Positions 45,563 through 58,402 are shown, counted from the whole stretch's first letter. The stretch is DNA of 63,901 bases, filler included, from Reclinomonas americana ATCC 50394 (GCA_048213135.1; 19 parts of 19 records of this genome joined end to end with filler, not necessarily neighbours in it), one strand, 5' to 3'. A program made the numbers and translations. The notes: generated by a model not told the origin, from the letters alone.

Positions 45563-46446
45563 CTACTGGCGGCCACCACCCATCTCGAGTTGCTTCTCCA
45601 GCGCGATCAGTTTCTCCACGCCAGCGTACACCGACTGCACGCACATCAGTGGCGAGACGCCCAGGCGCCGCACATTGAAGACCTCCATCAGGCCGCGCAC
45701 GTGGTCCACCTGGCGGATGTCGAGATGGCGCTGGCGGAGGACCTGCGGGGAAAGGGGAGAAGTGAGAGGGAGAAGGGAAGAGAATGACATGGGATGAAGA
45801 AATCGTTCAAAAATGAGGGCGAAGAGAGAACTAGAAACGGTGGGGATATGAGACAGAGGTGAGAATAGAGTAAGTTGTGGACAGAGGGCACAGAGCGAGA
45901 GCAAGTGAGAGTGGAGTGATGGAATTCTTAATGGTAGCGACAAAAAGCATGCGTCCGAGAGAGTTGACGAACGGAGGGATGATGCAACGCACACACACAC
46001 ACACATGCACAGTGACACGGAGAAGGAGAAGGAGGAGGAGGAACAGAAGAAGAAGAAGAACATCATCATCAATAACAACAATAAAAATAACGAATACCAA
46101 CAGCAAGAAAAAGAAGAGGAATAGAAAGCAGGCAATAATCCACATGGCTTGAGAGACTATAGAGAGCAGTGAACCGGAGCAGTAAGAAATACACCAACAA
46201 ACAAAACAGAAATGATAAGAAACCGTGGCTGCCATTGCGCTCCCGCTCACCCTCCATTTCTCTCTCTCTCTCTCNNNNNNNNNNNNNNNNNNNNNNNNNN
46301 NNNNNNNNNNNNNNNNNNTTAATTAATTAANNNNNNNNNNNNNNNNNNNNNNNNNNNNNNNNNNNNNNNNNNNNTCTCTCTCTCTCCTCCCTTCCCCTCC
46401 TCCCCTCCTCCCTTCCCACTCACCTCCCCGACTCTCTTCTCTCTCA

Positions 46447-46480
<34 letters not shown>

Positions 46481-47551
46481 TCCCCTCTCCCCCTTCCCCT
46501 TCCCCCTTCCCCTCTCCCCCTCTCCCTTCCCCTTTCTTCCCTCCCCACGCACCTCTCTCATCACCTCCCCGCTCTCCACCAACCTCGGCAACCGCACCGT
46601 CACCGACACCCGCATCCCCGTGCCCACATTCCCCGGGCACACCGTCACAAAGCCCAACTCCGCCGACACCTCGAATCGCACATGCTCGGCCAGCAGCAGG
46701 AGAACGCGCTGCACGCGTGCATACACACGCGCCAGCCTGCCCGTGCGCTCCGACGCCACCACCTTGACATGATCCTCCTCATTGACGAGCACCAACACCG
46801 ACTTGTCCCGATTGAAGAACAAGGCACGCCCGTGCGGCCAATCCGCCTCCAACATCGCCGCCCGCTGATACCGATCCGCATCGGGAAACAGCTGTCGCGT
46901 GCGCTCATCCAGTCGCCCATCACTCAACGATCGCCACTCGCCCACCAGCAACTCCGTGTCCGCTGCGGCCTTGCGCACCGCCTCCATCACCAGCTGCTCC
47001 ACGCGCACTCGCTGCGCACGCGACATGCGCGGCGCGAGCGGGAAGCTGTGCACATTTCGCGCCACTCGCACGCGCACGGCGTACACGTAGCGCTCGTCGA
47101 GTGGAGGCACGTCATTCTCGCCCCACTCTGCTCCTCCCATGTGCACGTGATGCCGCGGCACCACTGCTCCGTCCAGTCGATGAACGTGCGCCAGCAGCGC
47201 CTCCAACAGCTCGTTCCTGCTCTCATATGCCTTTGCGCAGGCGATCATCAGTCCCACTCGCGCGTCTGCATGCTGGAGGCCGATCAGACGCAGGCACGAC
47301 TGCTGTGAGTGTGCTGTGCTCCACAGGTGCGGCGAGAGGAGAGAGAGGCCACCGCCTGCACGCTGTGCCTCCCAGACTTGATGCAGCGGGTAGAGAGTGT
47401 GTGAGCAGGTGGAGGGCGGGAGAGCAGTGGTGAGATGCCATGCAGAGCGCGAGGAGGAGGTGGGCGAGGGGCAGGTGGGGGAGGAGGTGGCAAAGGAGGA
47501 GGAGGAGACGAGGAGGAGGAGCAGGAGGAGAAAGAGGTGATTGCGTGGCAT
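45563..47551 (-). CDS. ATP:guanido phosphotransferase (phosphagen/arginine kinase family) with N-terminal signal peptide
   Basis: RVRVARN, DWPHGRALF, VNEEDH, LGFVTVCPGNVGTGMR, N.RRLG.S..VQ..GVEKLIALEK; N-terminus MPRNHLFLLLLLLLVSSSSFA. Confidence 0.9.
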
Positions 47552-47713
47552 GAGTGGATTTGATGAGGACGAGGACACAGCGAGGAGACGGAGGACACCC
47601 TTGTCGTTCATTGGGTGGCAGGTTGGGATGCTCTTCGACAATTAAGCATCGCAGTTGTTGCTGGTGTTTTCTATTCCAACAAAACACACAAAACAAGTTC
47701 ATGACATCACCCT

Positions 47714-48802
47714 TCACTGTCGTACGCGCACTTCCCGAAGCACCACCTCGGCCTCCTCGACCACGAAACAGCGCAGCACAATCTCCACCAGGCAGCGTGG
47801 ATCCTCGTCGCCCTCGCGGTGCATCGGCGTTGCCTGCACAGCCAGCATGGCGGATCGTGCGTCGTCGAGCTCGTGCCGCGCGAAGCAGCTGGGCGTGACG
47901 CCGGGCCACACGCACACGGAGCAGTCGTTGAGGCCTCCAGAACTCACAATGTGTCGACCGTCGCGTGTGACGGCGACACACAGCACCGCCCACTTGTGGC
48001 CCCGCAGCACGCGCACCAGTTCCCCCGTCGCCAGCGACCATATGCGTACGATGGCGTCGAGACTGCCGGTCACCAGGAACTTACCGTCGGCAGTGACCGC
48101 CACACAGTACACAGCGTTGTCGGGGTCATCCTCGAGCACCTGTCGCACGTGCTGCCCGTTGGCAATGGACCACAGGTGCACTGCGCCGTAATGGCTCAGT
48201 GTGACAACGTACAGGCTGTCGGGAGTGACGGTCGCTGAGCGCAACGTGGGTGCCTCCAGTCGCTGCACTCTGTTGCCTCCCCACAACGGCCACACGTACA
48301 CGGAACTGTCACTGCAGACGAAAACAATGTGCTGCCCGTTGGGTGTGACGGCGATCGATTCGATGCCCCTGGTGCACTCGTTGAACCGATCTATCGTCAT
48401 CCCAAGCACCAGTGATTCCACGTAGACAATTGGGTCACTGCCTCCTCTGACAATGTAGCGACCATCTGGCGTGATGGCGAGGCAATGCACATCACTGGAA
48501 TCAAACACATTCGGTTCTCGCACTTGCTTTCCACGCTCCACTGACCACACTCGCAAGCCGTCGTCGCCCCCACTGACAATGTGCTGACCATCGGGCGTGA
48601 CAGCGACGCACAGCACACCTCCAGTGTGCCCCTTCAAGCACAGCACTTGTTCTCCGCTCGCCAGTGACCACACGCGCACTGTGCAGTCCTCACTCCCGCT
48701 GACAACGTACTGATCATCGGGGGCGATGCACACAGAGGGGACACGCTTAGTGTGGCCCAACAGGGTCTTGCAGCGGAGGATGGGAGATGATTGGCGTGAC
48801 AT
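47714..48802 (-). CDS. Intronless WD40 repeat protein (copy B)
   Basis: About 7 repeats of GH..V.CVAVTPDG..IVSG..D..VRVW; conserved C-terminal tail shared with its neighbour. Confidence 0.92.
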   Translation of the reverse strand: MSRQSSPILRCKTLLGHTKRVPSVCIAPDDQYVVSGSEDCTVRVWSLASGEQVLCLKGHTGGVLCVAVTPDGQHIVSGGDDGLRVWSVERGKQVREPNVFDSSDVHCLAITPDGRYIVRGGSDPIVYVESLVLGMTIDRFNECTRGIESIAVTPNGQHIVFVCSDSSVYVWPLWGGNRVQRLEAPTLRSATVTPDSLYVVTLSHYGAVHLWSIANGQHVRQVLEDDPDNAVYCVAVTADGKFLVTGSLDAIVRIWSLATGELVRVLRGHKWAVLCVAVTRDGRHIVSSGGLNDCSVCVWPGVTPSCFARHELDDARSAMLAVQATPMHREGDEDPRCLVEIVLRCFVVEEAEVVLREVRVRQ

Positions 48803-48913
48803 ATGAGGAGAAGAGAACGAAATGGGAACACTCTCAGTCGTCCTGGAAGGCCTTCACTGGCTCCTGGAGAACACATATCATCACTCACTTGCCATTCACT
48901 GGGGACGCTATTA

Positions 48914-50047
48914 CTACAGATGCAAGCAGGGATCCAGTGCGCACCGCTGAAGCACCACCTCGGCCTCCTCGACCACAAAGCACCGCAGCACAATCTCCAC
49001 GAGACAGCGCGGATCCTCCTCGTCCTCTTCGCCCTCGTCACCCTGCTGCTGTTGATGCTGCTGCACAACGAGCATGGCCGCCCGCGCGTCGTCGAGCTCG
49101 TGTCGAGCCAGGCCGCACGGCGTCGACCACACGCGCACCGAGCCGTCGTGGAGACCACCGGAACTCACAATGTGCTGGCCACTGGGAGCGACGGCGACAC
49201 CAAGCACCGCAGCCAGGTGCTCCTGCAGCACGCTAACCAGTTCTCCACTCGCCACGGACCACAGTCGCACCGCACTATCGAGACTGCCCGTCACAATGTA
49301 CTTGCCGCAGGGTGTGACTGCCACCGAGTACACCGGGTTACCGCTGTCGTCGTCGCCGCTCTGCAACTCATGCACTTGTTGTCCACTGGCCATGGACCAC
49401 ACGCGCACGGTGCTCTCGTAGGCCCCACTGACAATGTGCAGACCGTCGGGAGTGACAGCGACCGACCACACGTACCCCGTGTGTCCCTCCAGTCGCCGCA
49501 CCTCCTCCTCCTCCTCCCGATCACTGCTCCCTTGCAGCGGCCACACGCGCACGGAACAGTCACTGCAGCCAAACACAACGTGGCGGCCGTCGGGCGTGAC
49601 TGCCACCGACAACACCTCACAGTCACTCTCACACTCGCATCGACGCAGCTCCTCGCCACTCGCCAGCGACCACACTCGCACCGTCGTGTCGTGACTGCCA
49701 CTGACAATGCACTGCCCGTCGGGAGTAATGGCCACAGAGAACACCTGCCCCGCGTGTCCCTCCACTCGCCGCTCCTCTTCCCCACCACTCACCAGTGACC
49801 ACACGCGAATGGAACGATCCGCACTACCACTGACAATGCGCTGCGCGTCGGGGGTAATGGCCACTGAGAGCACGCGATCGGTGTGTCCCTCCAGGCAGTG
49901 CACCTCGTCGCCACTTGCCAGTGACCACACGCGCACGTGCTTGTCGGCGCATGCGCTCACCACGTGTCTCTCGTCGGGAGTGACGCGGACGCAGGGAACG
50001 CGGCTAAAGTAGCCGGGAAGGACCTTGCAGAGGAAGGTGGTGGACAT
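48914..50047 (-). CDS. Intronless WD40 repeat protein (copy A)
   Basis: LEGHTDRVLSVAITPD..IVSGSADRSIRVW-type repeats; start at the MSTTFLCK ATG. Confidence 0.92.
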   Translation of the reverse strand: MSTTFLCKVLPGYFSRVPCVRVTPDERHVVSACADKHVRVWSLASGDEVHCLEGHTDRVLSVAITPDAQRIVSGSADRSIRVWSLVSGGEEERRVEGHAGQVFSVAITPDGQCIVSGSHDTTVRVWSLASGEELRRCECESDCEVLSVAVTPDGRHVVFGCSDCSVRVWPLQGSSDREEEEEVRRLEGHTGYVWSVAVTPDGLHIVSGAYESTVRVWSMASGQQVHELQSGDDDSGNPVYSVAVTPCGKYIVTGSLDSAVRLWSVASGELVSVLQEHLAAVLGVAVAPSGQHIVSSGGLHDGSVRVWSTPCGLARHELDDARAAMLVVQQHQQQQGDEGEEDEEDPRCLVEIVLRCFVVEEAEVVLQRCALDPCLHL

Positions 50048-50541
50048 GAGGGAGAGGGAGAGAGAGAGAGGAGGCGGGGAGAGAGAGGCGCACAAGACAA
50101 CAGGAGGCCAAGGATCAAAGGGGAAGAGGGTGTTTGCTCTTGAGAGTGAAACTGCAAATGTCTTTTTTTGCGACGTCGAAGTCACACGATGTCACACTTC
50201 AAGAGCTCTGTCTGCACTACATGCAAGAGCAACATGTGCATACTGACCTTTACACTCAGCACGAGACACGCTCAGAGGATGCAACAAAGTGCGCGGTTGA
50301 CTTCGCGCGCGCGCGATCGCGATCGACGTCGATGTCGACTTTTTCACATCTGCGCATGATGCCACAACACGCCGCTCTGTGCTACAAGCTTGACACATAT
50401 AATAGTGTATGCCACCTTTGTTGCTGCTGACCAACCTTTTTGTCAACATCAACACAGTTTTTTGTGTTTTGGCGGGAAATGCACTTTTGTAACGTTCACA
50501 AATCAAAAGTCACTCTTGTGAGAGAAGAAAGAGAGAGGCAA

Positions 50542-53500
50542 ATGTCGCGTGCGAGCTTGAGTGCAGAGGTGAGCGCATAGGAGAGAGGGAGAGAGAAGAG
50601 TGAGAGAAGAGAGGAGACAGGAGAAACAAAGACCTGAGAACGCAGAGAGAGAGAGAGAGACAAAGAGAAGAGGCACACAGACACTGCAACAGAGGCAGGC
50701 AGAGTGTGAGAGAAGAGTGAGAGAGAGTGTGTGTGTGAGAGAGACAAGACAGAAGAGTGAGAGGAAGGAGAGAGATAGAGAGAGCAGAGAAACAGGCTGG
50801 AAAGGAAGGGAAGTGCAGTGAGAAGAAGAGACAGACAGACAGACAACGAGGGAGACACACACACGCACACACACACACAGACAGAGAGAGAGAGAGAGGA
50901 GAGTTTACTCATGTCTTTCTTGCCTTTTGTGTGTGTGTGTGTTAGGAAGCACGTGAGGCGCTGCAGTCGAAGCGTCGACAGGGCACTGGTCGACGGACCA
51001 CCAGTCGCTCGTTTGAGTTCCGCTCACGCAACTCCTCCATTGGCTCGATTGGTCGGTGAGTGTGTGGGAAGAGGAGANNNNNNNNNNNNNNNNNNNNNNN
51101 NNNNNNNNNNNNNNNNNNNNNTTAATTAATTAANNNNNNNNNNNNNNNNNNNNNNNNNNNNNNNNNNNNNNNNNNNNGATCAAACAGGTGAACAAAGCAA
51201 AGATCCTGTTACACAGAGAGAGGAGGGGAAGGATAGAGAGAAAAGTCAATGACCACACAGATCAGAATGTGGGATAGGATCATGTGGGAGAGAGGGGAGA
51301 ATGAGAGTGAGAGAGAAGGGCAACGATGTGCGAGGATGATGGAGAGGGAAGACTGTGACCAAACAGGGGAACAAGGCAAAGATCCTGTCAGAGAGAGAAA
51401 GAGAGAGAGAGAGCAGGAGGAGGGAGGGAGAGGAAAGCCAATGACCAAAGAGATGAGAACGAGGGCCAGGATCATGTGGTAGAGAGGGGAGAGTGAGAGT
51501 GAGAGAGAGGGGCAACGATGAGCGAGAGGAGGAGGACAGAGAGGGAAGCCTGTGACCAAGCAGGTGAACAAGGGCCAAGATCCTGTCAGAGAGAGGGAGA
51601 GAGAGGAGGGCAACGATGAGCGAGAGGAGGAGGATAGAGACGGAAGCCTGTGACCAAGAAAGGTGTGAACGAGGGCAAAGATCCTGTGCAAGTGAGTGAA
51701 TGAGTGAGAGAGAGGCGAAGGGCCAGGCCGAGGAGGATGCGTTGATGAGCCACAGTGGAGGCAGGGCAGCGATTCGCGACGAGAGGGAGAAGGATTGAGA
51801 GACAATGTGAGGAGAAGGGTATTGACAGAGTGGGAGATAGTGAGAGAGTTGGCACGGCGAAGGAGCGAGATCGGTCGAGGAGAGGGGGAACGGTGCAAGA
51901 AGAGGCCAGGGAGCCCCACACAGAGAGGGAAGAGTGAAAGGTCCGCCATTTGGTCTCTCTGTCCGCTCGCAGGCTCCTCTGTGTAGAGAGAATGCCGATG
52001 CACATAGAAGGCAGACGGATGTACGTGAAACCTAAGAGAGCCGAGTGACTGAGGCTTTGCCTTGGAATTGCGTCGTCACAGAGAGAAAGAGAAGAAGCTG
52101 CTCAGCGAAGTTTCTCTCCCCTTCACCTTCACCAACCCTTCTCTCTCCCCCCATCCCGTACAGTCGCACCGGTGTCAAGGCCAAGGACAATGTCAAGTTG
52201 AACGCCGACGGCCTGGAGGATGTGGACGACTTTTTCCGGTTCGTGTTCCTCGCCGTTTCTCCTTTTTTGCAACTTCACCGACTCACACTTCGCCTCCGTG
52301 TTCGCCAGTGATGACGACTTTAGCGGCTCCTCCGACATGGAGGACATGGACTTGCCGCTGGCGCCCGACGCCGACAAGGAGAACGTGGTGGAGCGCAGTT
52401 GCGTGTCGTCATACATGCACACACCAACTTTTCGCACACGGTGTATTTATCCTCTTGCGCAGCTCCACGTGACAAGCGGGTCAGCATTGGTACTGGGGTG
52501 GGACTGCTGCCGACGTCGGCCAGTGCCTCGGGTGAGAGTACGTGCATGTCGAGCGTGCGGTTTTCTCTTTGATGCTCACGAACGGAGATGTAGCTCGTCG
52601 TTCGTCTCGCCGCAACAAGGACAACAAGGATGTGTCGCCTGGTGAGTCGCGAGAAAGACAAGACGATCGTCAACGCCGCTCTTATCCTCCTTTCTCGATC
52701 TTGCAGCGAGCATCGGCGCTCCCGTGCGCGACCCGACCATGAGTGGTGAGACTGTCGTGTTCAACTCTGCTGGCCGCCGCGTGCCCAGCAGTCGAGGTGA
52801 GGGAGCGCAGATTGTGATTTTTTTGTCTGGCAGCTCGCTGACTTGAACGATGCAGCGGACGCACGATCAATTCCAGTCATTCAGCCGAAGCGCAAGCTCG
52901 ATTTCCCGGAGGAGGATGGCGGTGTGTGATTTCTGTGAAGGTCCAGAAGTCGTCACTGCATGCTTATCAGTGTGTACAGGTGCATCAAGCAGTACCCAGC
53001 AGAAGCTGAAGGAGCTGGCAAAGCGCGGTCTCTCTGCCGCCTCGCGAAAGCCACAGGACCAGGTGCGGCGATCACTTTCCTCCTTTGACAGCTTCTTCCT
53101 GCCTATTCTCTGGGGTCGTATCAAAATGGCCACCCTCGCTGCTCTTGATTTCTCCCCCCTCTCCCTCTTCTCGTCCGCTCTTCTCGCCTTCCTGTCCTCA
53201 TCGTCTCCCTTCCCTTCCCCTTCCCCTTCCCCTTCCCCTTCCCCTTCCCCTTCCCCTTCCCTTCCCTTCCCTTCTCCCTCCCTCCCTGCTTACTTCTCCT
53301 CATCAGATCATGGCCTCCCCACCACCAGTTTCCGATGTCGAGTCTCTCGCGGCTCCAACTTTCGGTTTGCTTTGCTTTGTGGTTGACATTGCTTCACGTC
53401 CGCCACTCACTGTACGGTGCGCACCGCAGAGCGGGACATGGAGGAAGAGGAGGACGAGGAGCCGGCACCAAAGACGCGCACACCTCGTGCGTCGTCGTCT

Positions 53501-54834
53501 GCGAAGAAGACGGCCGCCGAGAAGAAGCCGAAGAAGACGACCAAGAAGGAGGCGGCCAAGAGTTGCGTTGAAACGGGTCGTGAGTGACTTGTACAAGCCC
53601 TTCCTCACTCCGCCTGTTTCAGAGCCGACCAAGGCTGCGGCCAAAAAGGCCAGCAAGTCGGCCAAGATGGAGGTGGAGGAGGAGGACGACGAAGACGATG
53701 GTGCGGAGAGCGAGGTCGATCGTCGCGAGAAGGATTCGGAGTTGCCGGCGCAGATGCGGCGACGACGCCGCCGTACACTGGGTTGCGTTCCTCTCTCCAT
53801 CACTACCTCCGGCTTTCGTGTGTTGGTGACTCATTCATGGCGTGCAGAGACTCCCACTCCACTCAAGAGGACGCAGATCCTCATGTCGCCCGACGGACCA
53901 GTGGAGATTGCGTTGACCGACTCGGACGAATCGGACTATGACGACGAGCAGGCGGCGGCTGCGGCCATGTCGGTGGACTCGCCGTCGACGCCGGTGACAG
54001 TGTCGGGTGAGTGGGTGAGATTTGAGATGGGAAATGAGAGAGACGAGAGGCACACGAAAGGGAGACAGAAAGCGAGAGGCGAGAGGCAAAGGGGGCAAGA
54101 AAAGAGAGGCGAGAGACGAGAGGCGAGAAACGAGAGGCGAGAAACGAGAGAGAGAGAGAGAGAGAGAGTCCATGAGACAAACTATGTTGTACAAATCCTC
54201 ACGCTTCCTCCCTCCCCCCCCCCCCCCCCCCCACCAGCCAATGGCAAGAAGAAGGCAGCCAAGCGGTCGGCGCAGGCCATGGAGGTGCCTTCGCGTCCCT
54301 TTTCTGCGATCATCATGCGTCGCTTCTCATTTTCTCATTCGGTGTAGATGGACGATTCGCTGCCGGTGCGACGATCGCAGCGCCACAAGGTGCGACCCAC
54401 AGAGTTCTGGCGCAACGAGAAGGTGCGCATGCGCACTGCGGCCGACGGACTGCGTGAAATCGTTGCGTGCATCCTCGTGAGCGCCATGTACTGCCTGCTT
54501 TCCCTCAACACATCAGCTGTCGTACCACAGGTCGGCATCTCCCCTGGCTACAAGACCCCTGCCAAGCCGCCGCGCAAGAGGCAACGCACCGTGTACGACG
54601 AAGTGCCGCGCAAGCTGGTGGTTCGCAACGAGAAGAAGGAGACGTTCGAGTCTGGTGCGTGGGGGGGGTTGTGGCTGCAAGAGATGCAACGTATATATGC
54701 TCACCGCATGGATACAGGTGTGGTGCGCGTGCCCGGCGACTTTGAGCTGACCGAGCTGGATCCGGGAGAGGGTGACAGCCCCAACCGCCACTACTTGGTG
54801 GATTACGGATGGCACACGGAGTCGTTTGATGCTG
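50542..54834 (+). CDS. CENPC: Centromere protein C (CENP-C/Mif2); cupin 3' end lost in gap
   Basis: N-terminal IGSIGRRTG..NADGLEDVDDFF (Mif2_N-like), CENP-C motif VRRSQRHKVRPTEFWRNEK (54366-54422), start of cupin (SFDAG). Confidence 0.88.
51180..51690. repeat. Diverged ~100-bp tandem repeat in a CENP-C intron
   Basis: Recurrent GGGCAACGATG..GAGG, TGTGACCAA, AAGATCCTGT. Confidence 0.75.
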
Positions 54835-55091
54835 GTGAGTGGTTGAGGGAGAAGAAAGTGAGGGGAGAGTGAAGGGAAAGAGGCATGGAGAGAGAATGTC
54901 ATACAGAGACGTGAGCAGCCCGCTGCGAGAAGAACAGGAAGTCACCGATATGCAGCGCGATGTTCTGCGTGAGTCGTAGAGAGTGAGGACGTGCGTGACA
55001 TCTGTGAAGCAACAAAAGGACACAGAAGCTGTGACAGCACGACGGATGCAGATACTGAAGTGAGTCAAGCATGACTACTGAGTCGTCAAAG

Positions 55092-55144
<53 letters not shown>

Positions 55145-55364
55145 GACCGAAGAAAGAACTACAACCTCCCTACACTTCCCACTCCTCNNNNNNNNNNNNN
55201 NNNNNNNNNNNNNNNNNNNNNNNNNNNNNNNTTAATTAATTAANNNNNNNNNNNNNNNNNNNNNNNNNNNNNNNNNNNNNNNNNNNNTGATGATGAGTGA
55301 AGGACGGGGAGGACAAGGGATTCTTGCCGTCGGCCGAGTCTTCGTGGATGCCTTCTGTCACAGC

Positions 55365-56000
55365 GCCTCCCTCTCTCTGTACCTCACTTCACTACGTCTC
55401 CTTCTCGGTGCACCTCCCTCTCTGCGCACCCCCCTTCTTCACCTACCACTCCTTGCGCCTTCCTCGGTGCCTCTCCTCGTTGCGCCTTCCTCTGTGCCTC
55501 TCCTCGTTGTACCTCCCTCTGTGCCTCCCCTCCTTGTGCCTCCCTCTCTGTGCCTCCATCGAGGACCCCTTCTTCACTCCTTGCGCCTCTCTCTTTGTGC
55601 CTCACCTCTCTGTGCGCCTCACTCTCTGCGCCTACCATTCCGTGCCTCCCCCTACAATCTGATCCTCCCTTTCTTAGTACCTCTCTCTGAGCCTCCCCTT
55701 CTTTGTACCTCTCATTGCCTCTCCTCCGTGTGCCTCCCTTTGTGCCTCCCCTTCTCAGTGCCCTCTCTTCGGTGCCTCCCTCCCCCTCGATGTGCCTCGT
55801 CCCCCTGTGCCTCTTTCTCTGCGTGCCTCCCTCTCTCTGTGCCTCTGTCTGTGCCTCCCCCTTCTTTGTACCTCTCTCTCGTTGCCTCACCGTCCCTGTG
55901 CCTCCATGTGTGCCTGCCTCGTTGTGCTACCATATCGTACCTCTCTCTGTGCCTCTCCATCTTAAGTGCCTCTCTCTCGCTGTGCCTCTCTTTGCTTTCC
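55365..56000. repeat. TGTGCCTC-based low-complexity repeat (AMPK gamma intron)
   Basis: Many TGTGCCTC/TGTACCTC units. Confidence 0.8.
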
Positions 56001-56043
56001 TTTCAGCGCCACCCTCTACTTCCCCCCACTGCCTCCCACCCAC

Positions 56044-56926
56044 CGATGTACTCGTCCAGTGACCAGCCTGTCTAGTGCATCGCCGAGCGTCTCCGACGGC
56101 TCGCACGTCAGAATGTGTCCGATGGTTGGCCGGTACGCCAGCGCCTCGTTCAATGAGATACTGAGGTCGTACTTGCGTGCGGCAGCCAGGTACTGCGCGC
56201 AAAGCGGACACGTAAGATATTTCTTCCACGAGGAAAAGAGACACGTACACAAACCATTACGTCTGTGCGTGAATAAATGTCCTCCAGTTCCCTCGTCTCC
56301 GGGTCGACCACTGGCAGGGCGGAAATGGACTTTTCTTTCAACAATTGCAGCACTTGCTGCAGGGTCATGTCGCGCGTGGCCACAATCATGGAGGTCGAGA
56401 AGGTGCCGAGCTGCAGCTCGGCAATCGTTTTCCTCCACACCGGCAGAGTCTTGTCGATGTGTCGGTACATGTATTCCAGCACCGCCTGCGATATGGGGGG
56501 AAGGGGAGAATGGGGAAGGGGGAAGCGGAGAAGGGGGGAAGGGAAAAGGTTGGTATGAAGGGAATTCAAAAGAGAAAAGAAGAACGAGAAGTAGGAGGCA
56601 GACATGATAGCATGCAGCTGAAGGAGAATCGACCAACGACGGGGAAGACAACGAATAAATGACTACAACGGATAAGTGGGAGGAATAGACAGCTGATGTC
56701 TTCTCTCCCTCTCCCTCTCCCTCTCCCTCTCCCTCTCCCTCTCTCCTTCCCCCTCGCCCTCGCCCTCTCCTTTTCCCTCGCCCTCGCCCTCTCCTTTTCC
56801 CTCGCCCTCTCCCTCTCCCTCCCCCCNNNNNNNNNNNNNNNNNNNNNNNNNNNNNNNNNNNNNNNNNNNNTTAATTAATTAANNNNNNNNNNNNNNNNNN
56901 NNNNNNNNNNNNNNNNNNNNNNNNNN

Positions 56927-56980
<54 letters not shown>

Positions 56981-58205
56981 GTGAGCGACACTGTGTGTGA
57001 TTGTGTGTGATTGTGTGTGTGAGCGAGACTGTGAGTGAGTGTGTGTGTGAGAGAGAGAGAGAGAGACAGTGTGTGAGCGAGACTGTGTGAGAGTGACTGT
57101 GTGAGAGTGACTGTGCGAGCGACTGTGTGTGAGCGACTGTGTGTGTGATTGTGTGTGATTTTGTGTGTGAGCGAGACTGTGTGTGAGCGACTGTGTGTGA
57201 GAGAGACTATGTGTGAGCGAGACTGTGTGTGAGAGAGACTGTGTGTGAGCGAGACAGTGTGTGAGCGAGACTGTGTGTGAGCGACTGTGTGTGAGCGACT
57301 GTGTGTGAGAGAGACTCTGTGTGAGCGAGACTGTGTGTGAGAGAGACTGTGAGTGGGAGAGACTGTGTGAGAGAGACTGTGTGCGAGAGAGACTGTGAGA
57401 GCGAGACTGTGTGAGAGCGAGACTGTGTGTGAGAGAGACTGTGTGTGAGAGAGACTGTGTGTGAGAGAGACTGCGTGTGAGAGACTGTGTGAGAGAGACT
57501 GTGTGAGCGAGACTGTGTGTGAGCGAGACTGTGTGTGAGAGAGACTGTGTGTGAGCGAGACTGTGTGTGAGCGAGACTGTGTGTGAGCGAGACTGTGTGT
57601 GAGAGAGACTGTGTGTGAGCGAGACTGTGTGTGCGTGTGAGTGTGTGTGAGTGTGTGACAGAGAGAGACGAGAGAGAGAGAGAGAGAGACTGAGTGTGTG
57701 ATTTTGTGTGTGAGACTGTGTGTGGGAGAGACCGTGTGTGAGAGAGACTGTGTGCGAGCGAGACTGTGTGTGAGTGAGACTGTGTGAGAGAGCCTGTGTG
57801 AGAGATGAACTTTCGTCTCACTCTTTCTTCCTCTCAATCTCTCTTTCTCTCTCTCAGAGTGCAAAATGATAACAGTGTGCCACTGTGAGTGAGAATGCAC
57901 TCAGAACACGAGAGAAAAAGATGCGCTCACACACAGGAGTGAGAGATGTCACATATTAATCCTCACGCATTATTCGTCCAGCTTCTCCTCGCTCACACTT
58001 ATTGCGCCCCTCTCTCTTTGTGTGTGTATGTGTGTGTGTGTGTAAACAGCTCACCCTCAAACTCCATCTCCTCAGGCACCGAGGCCTGTGAGAGATGGCC
58101 GCGCGCGCCATCTGCGCCCCCTGCCGCCCCCGCTGACCCCCGCGCATCGTGTGGACCAGGGGTGACCTCGCCTTGGTCCATGTCAAACATCAACTCTTCA
58201 CTCAT
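56044..58205 (-). CDS. PRKAG: AMPK/SNF4 gamma-like CBS-domain protein (partial; exons lost in gaps)
   Basis: KTIAELQLGTF, LLKEKSISALPVVD, DIYSRTDVM-YLAA, LNEALAYR, LTCEPSETLGDALDRLVTGRVHR (CBS3/4 of AMPK gamma); the 5' exon MSEELMFDMD at 58205 is assigned by inference. Confidence 0.8.
56975..57800. repeat. ~16-18-bp minisatellite (GACTGTGTGTGAGCGA)n
   Basis: Direct tandem units; source of the HSL/THS-rich spurious ORFs. Confidence 0.9.
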
Positions 58206-58402
58206 CCTCCTTCTCACAAAGCAAATGCGTGCGTGGGGGAAATTGGGAAGAGGACACGCGACGTTCGCTGTAAACCTTACACAACATGCACCGTCGCAAA
58301 GANNNNNNNNNNNNNNNNNNNNNNNNNNNNNNNNNNNNNNNNNNNNTTAATTAATTAANNNNNNNNNNNNNNNNNNNNNNNNNNNNNNNNNNNNNNNNNN
58401 NN

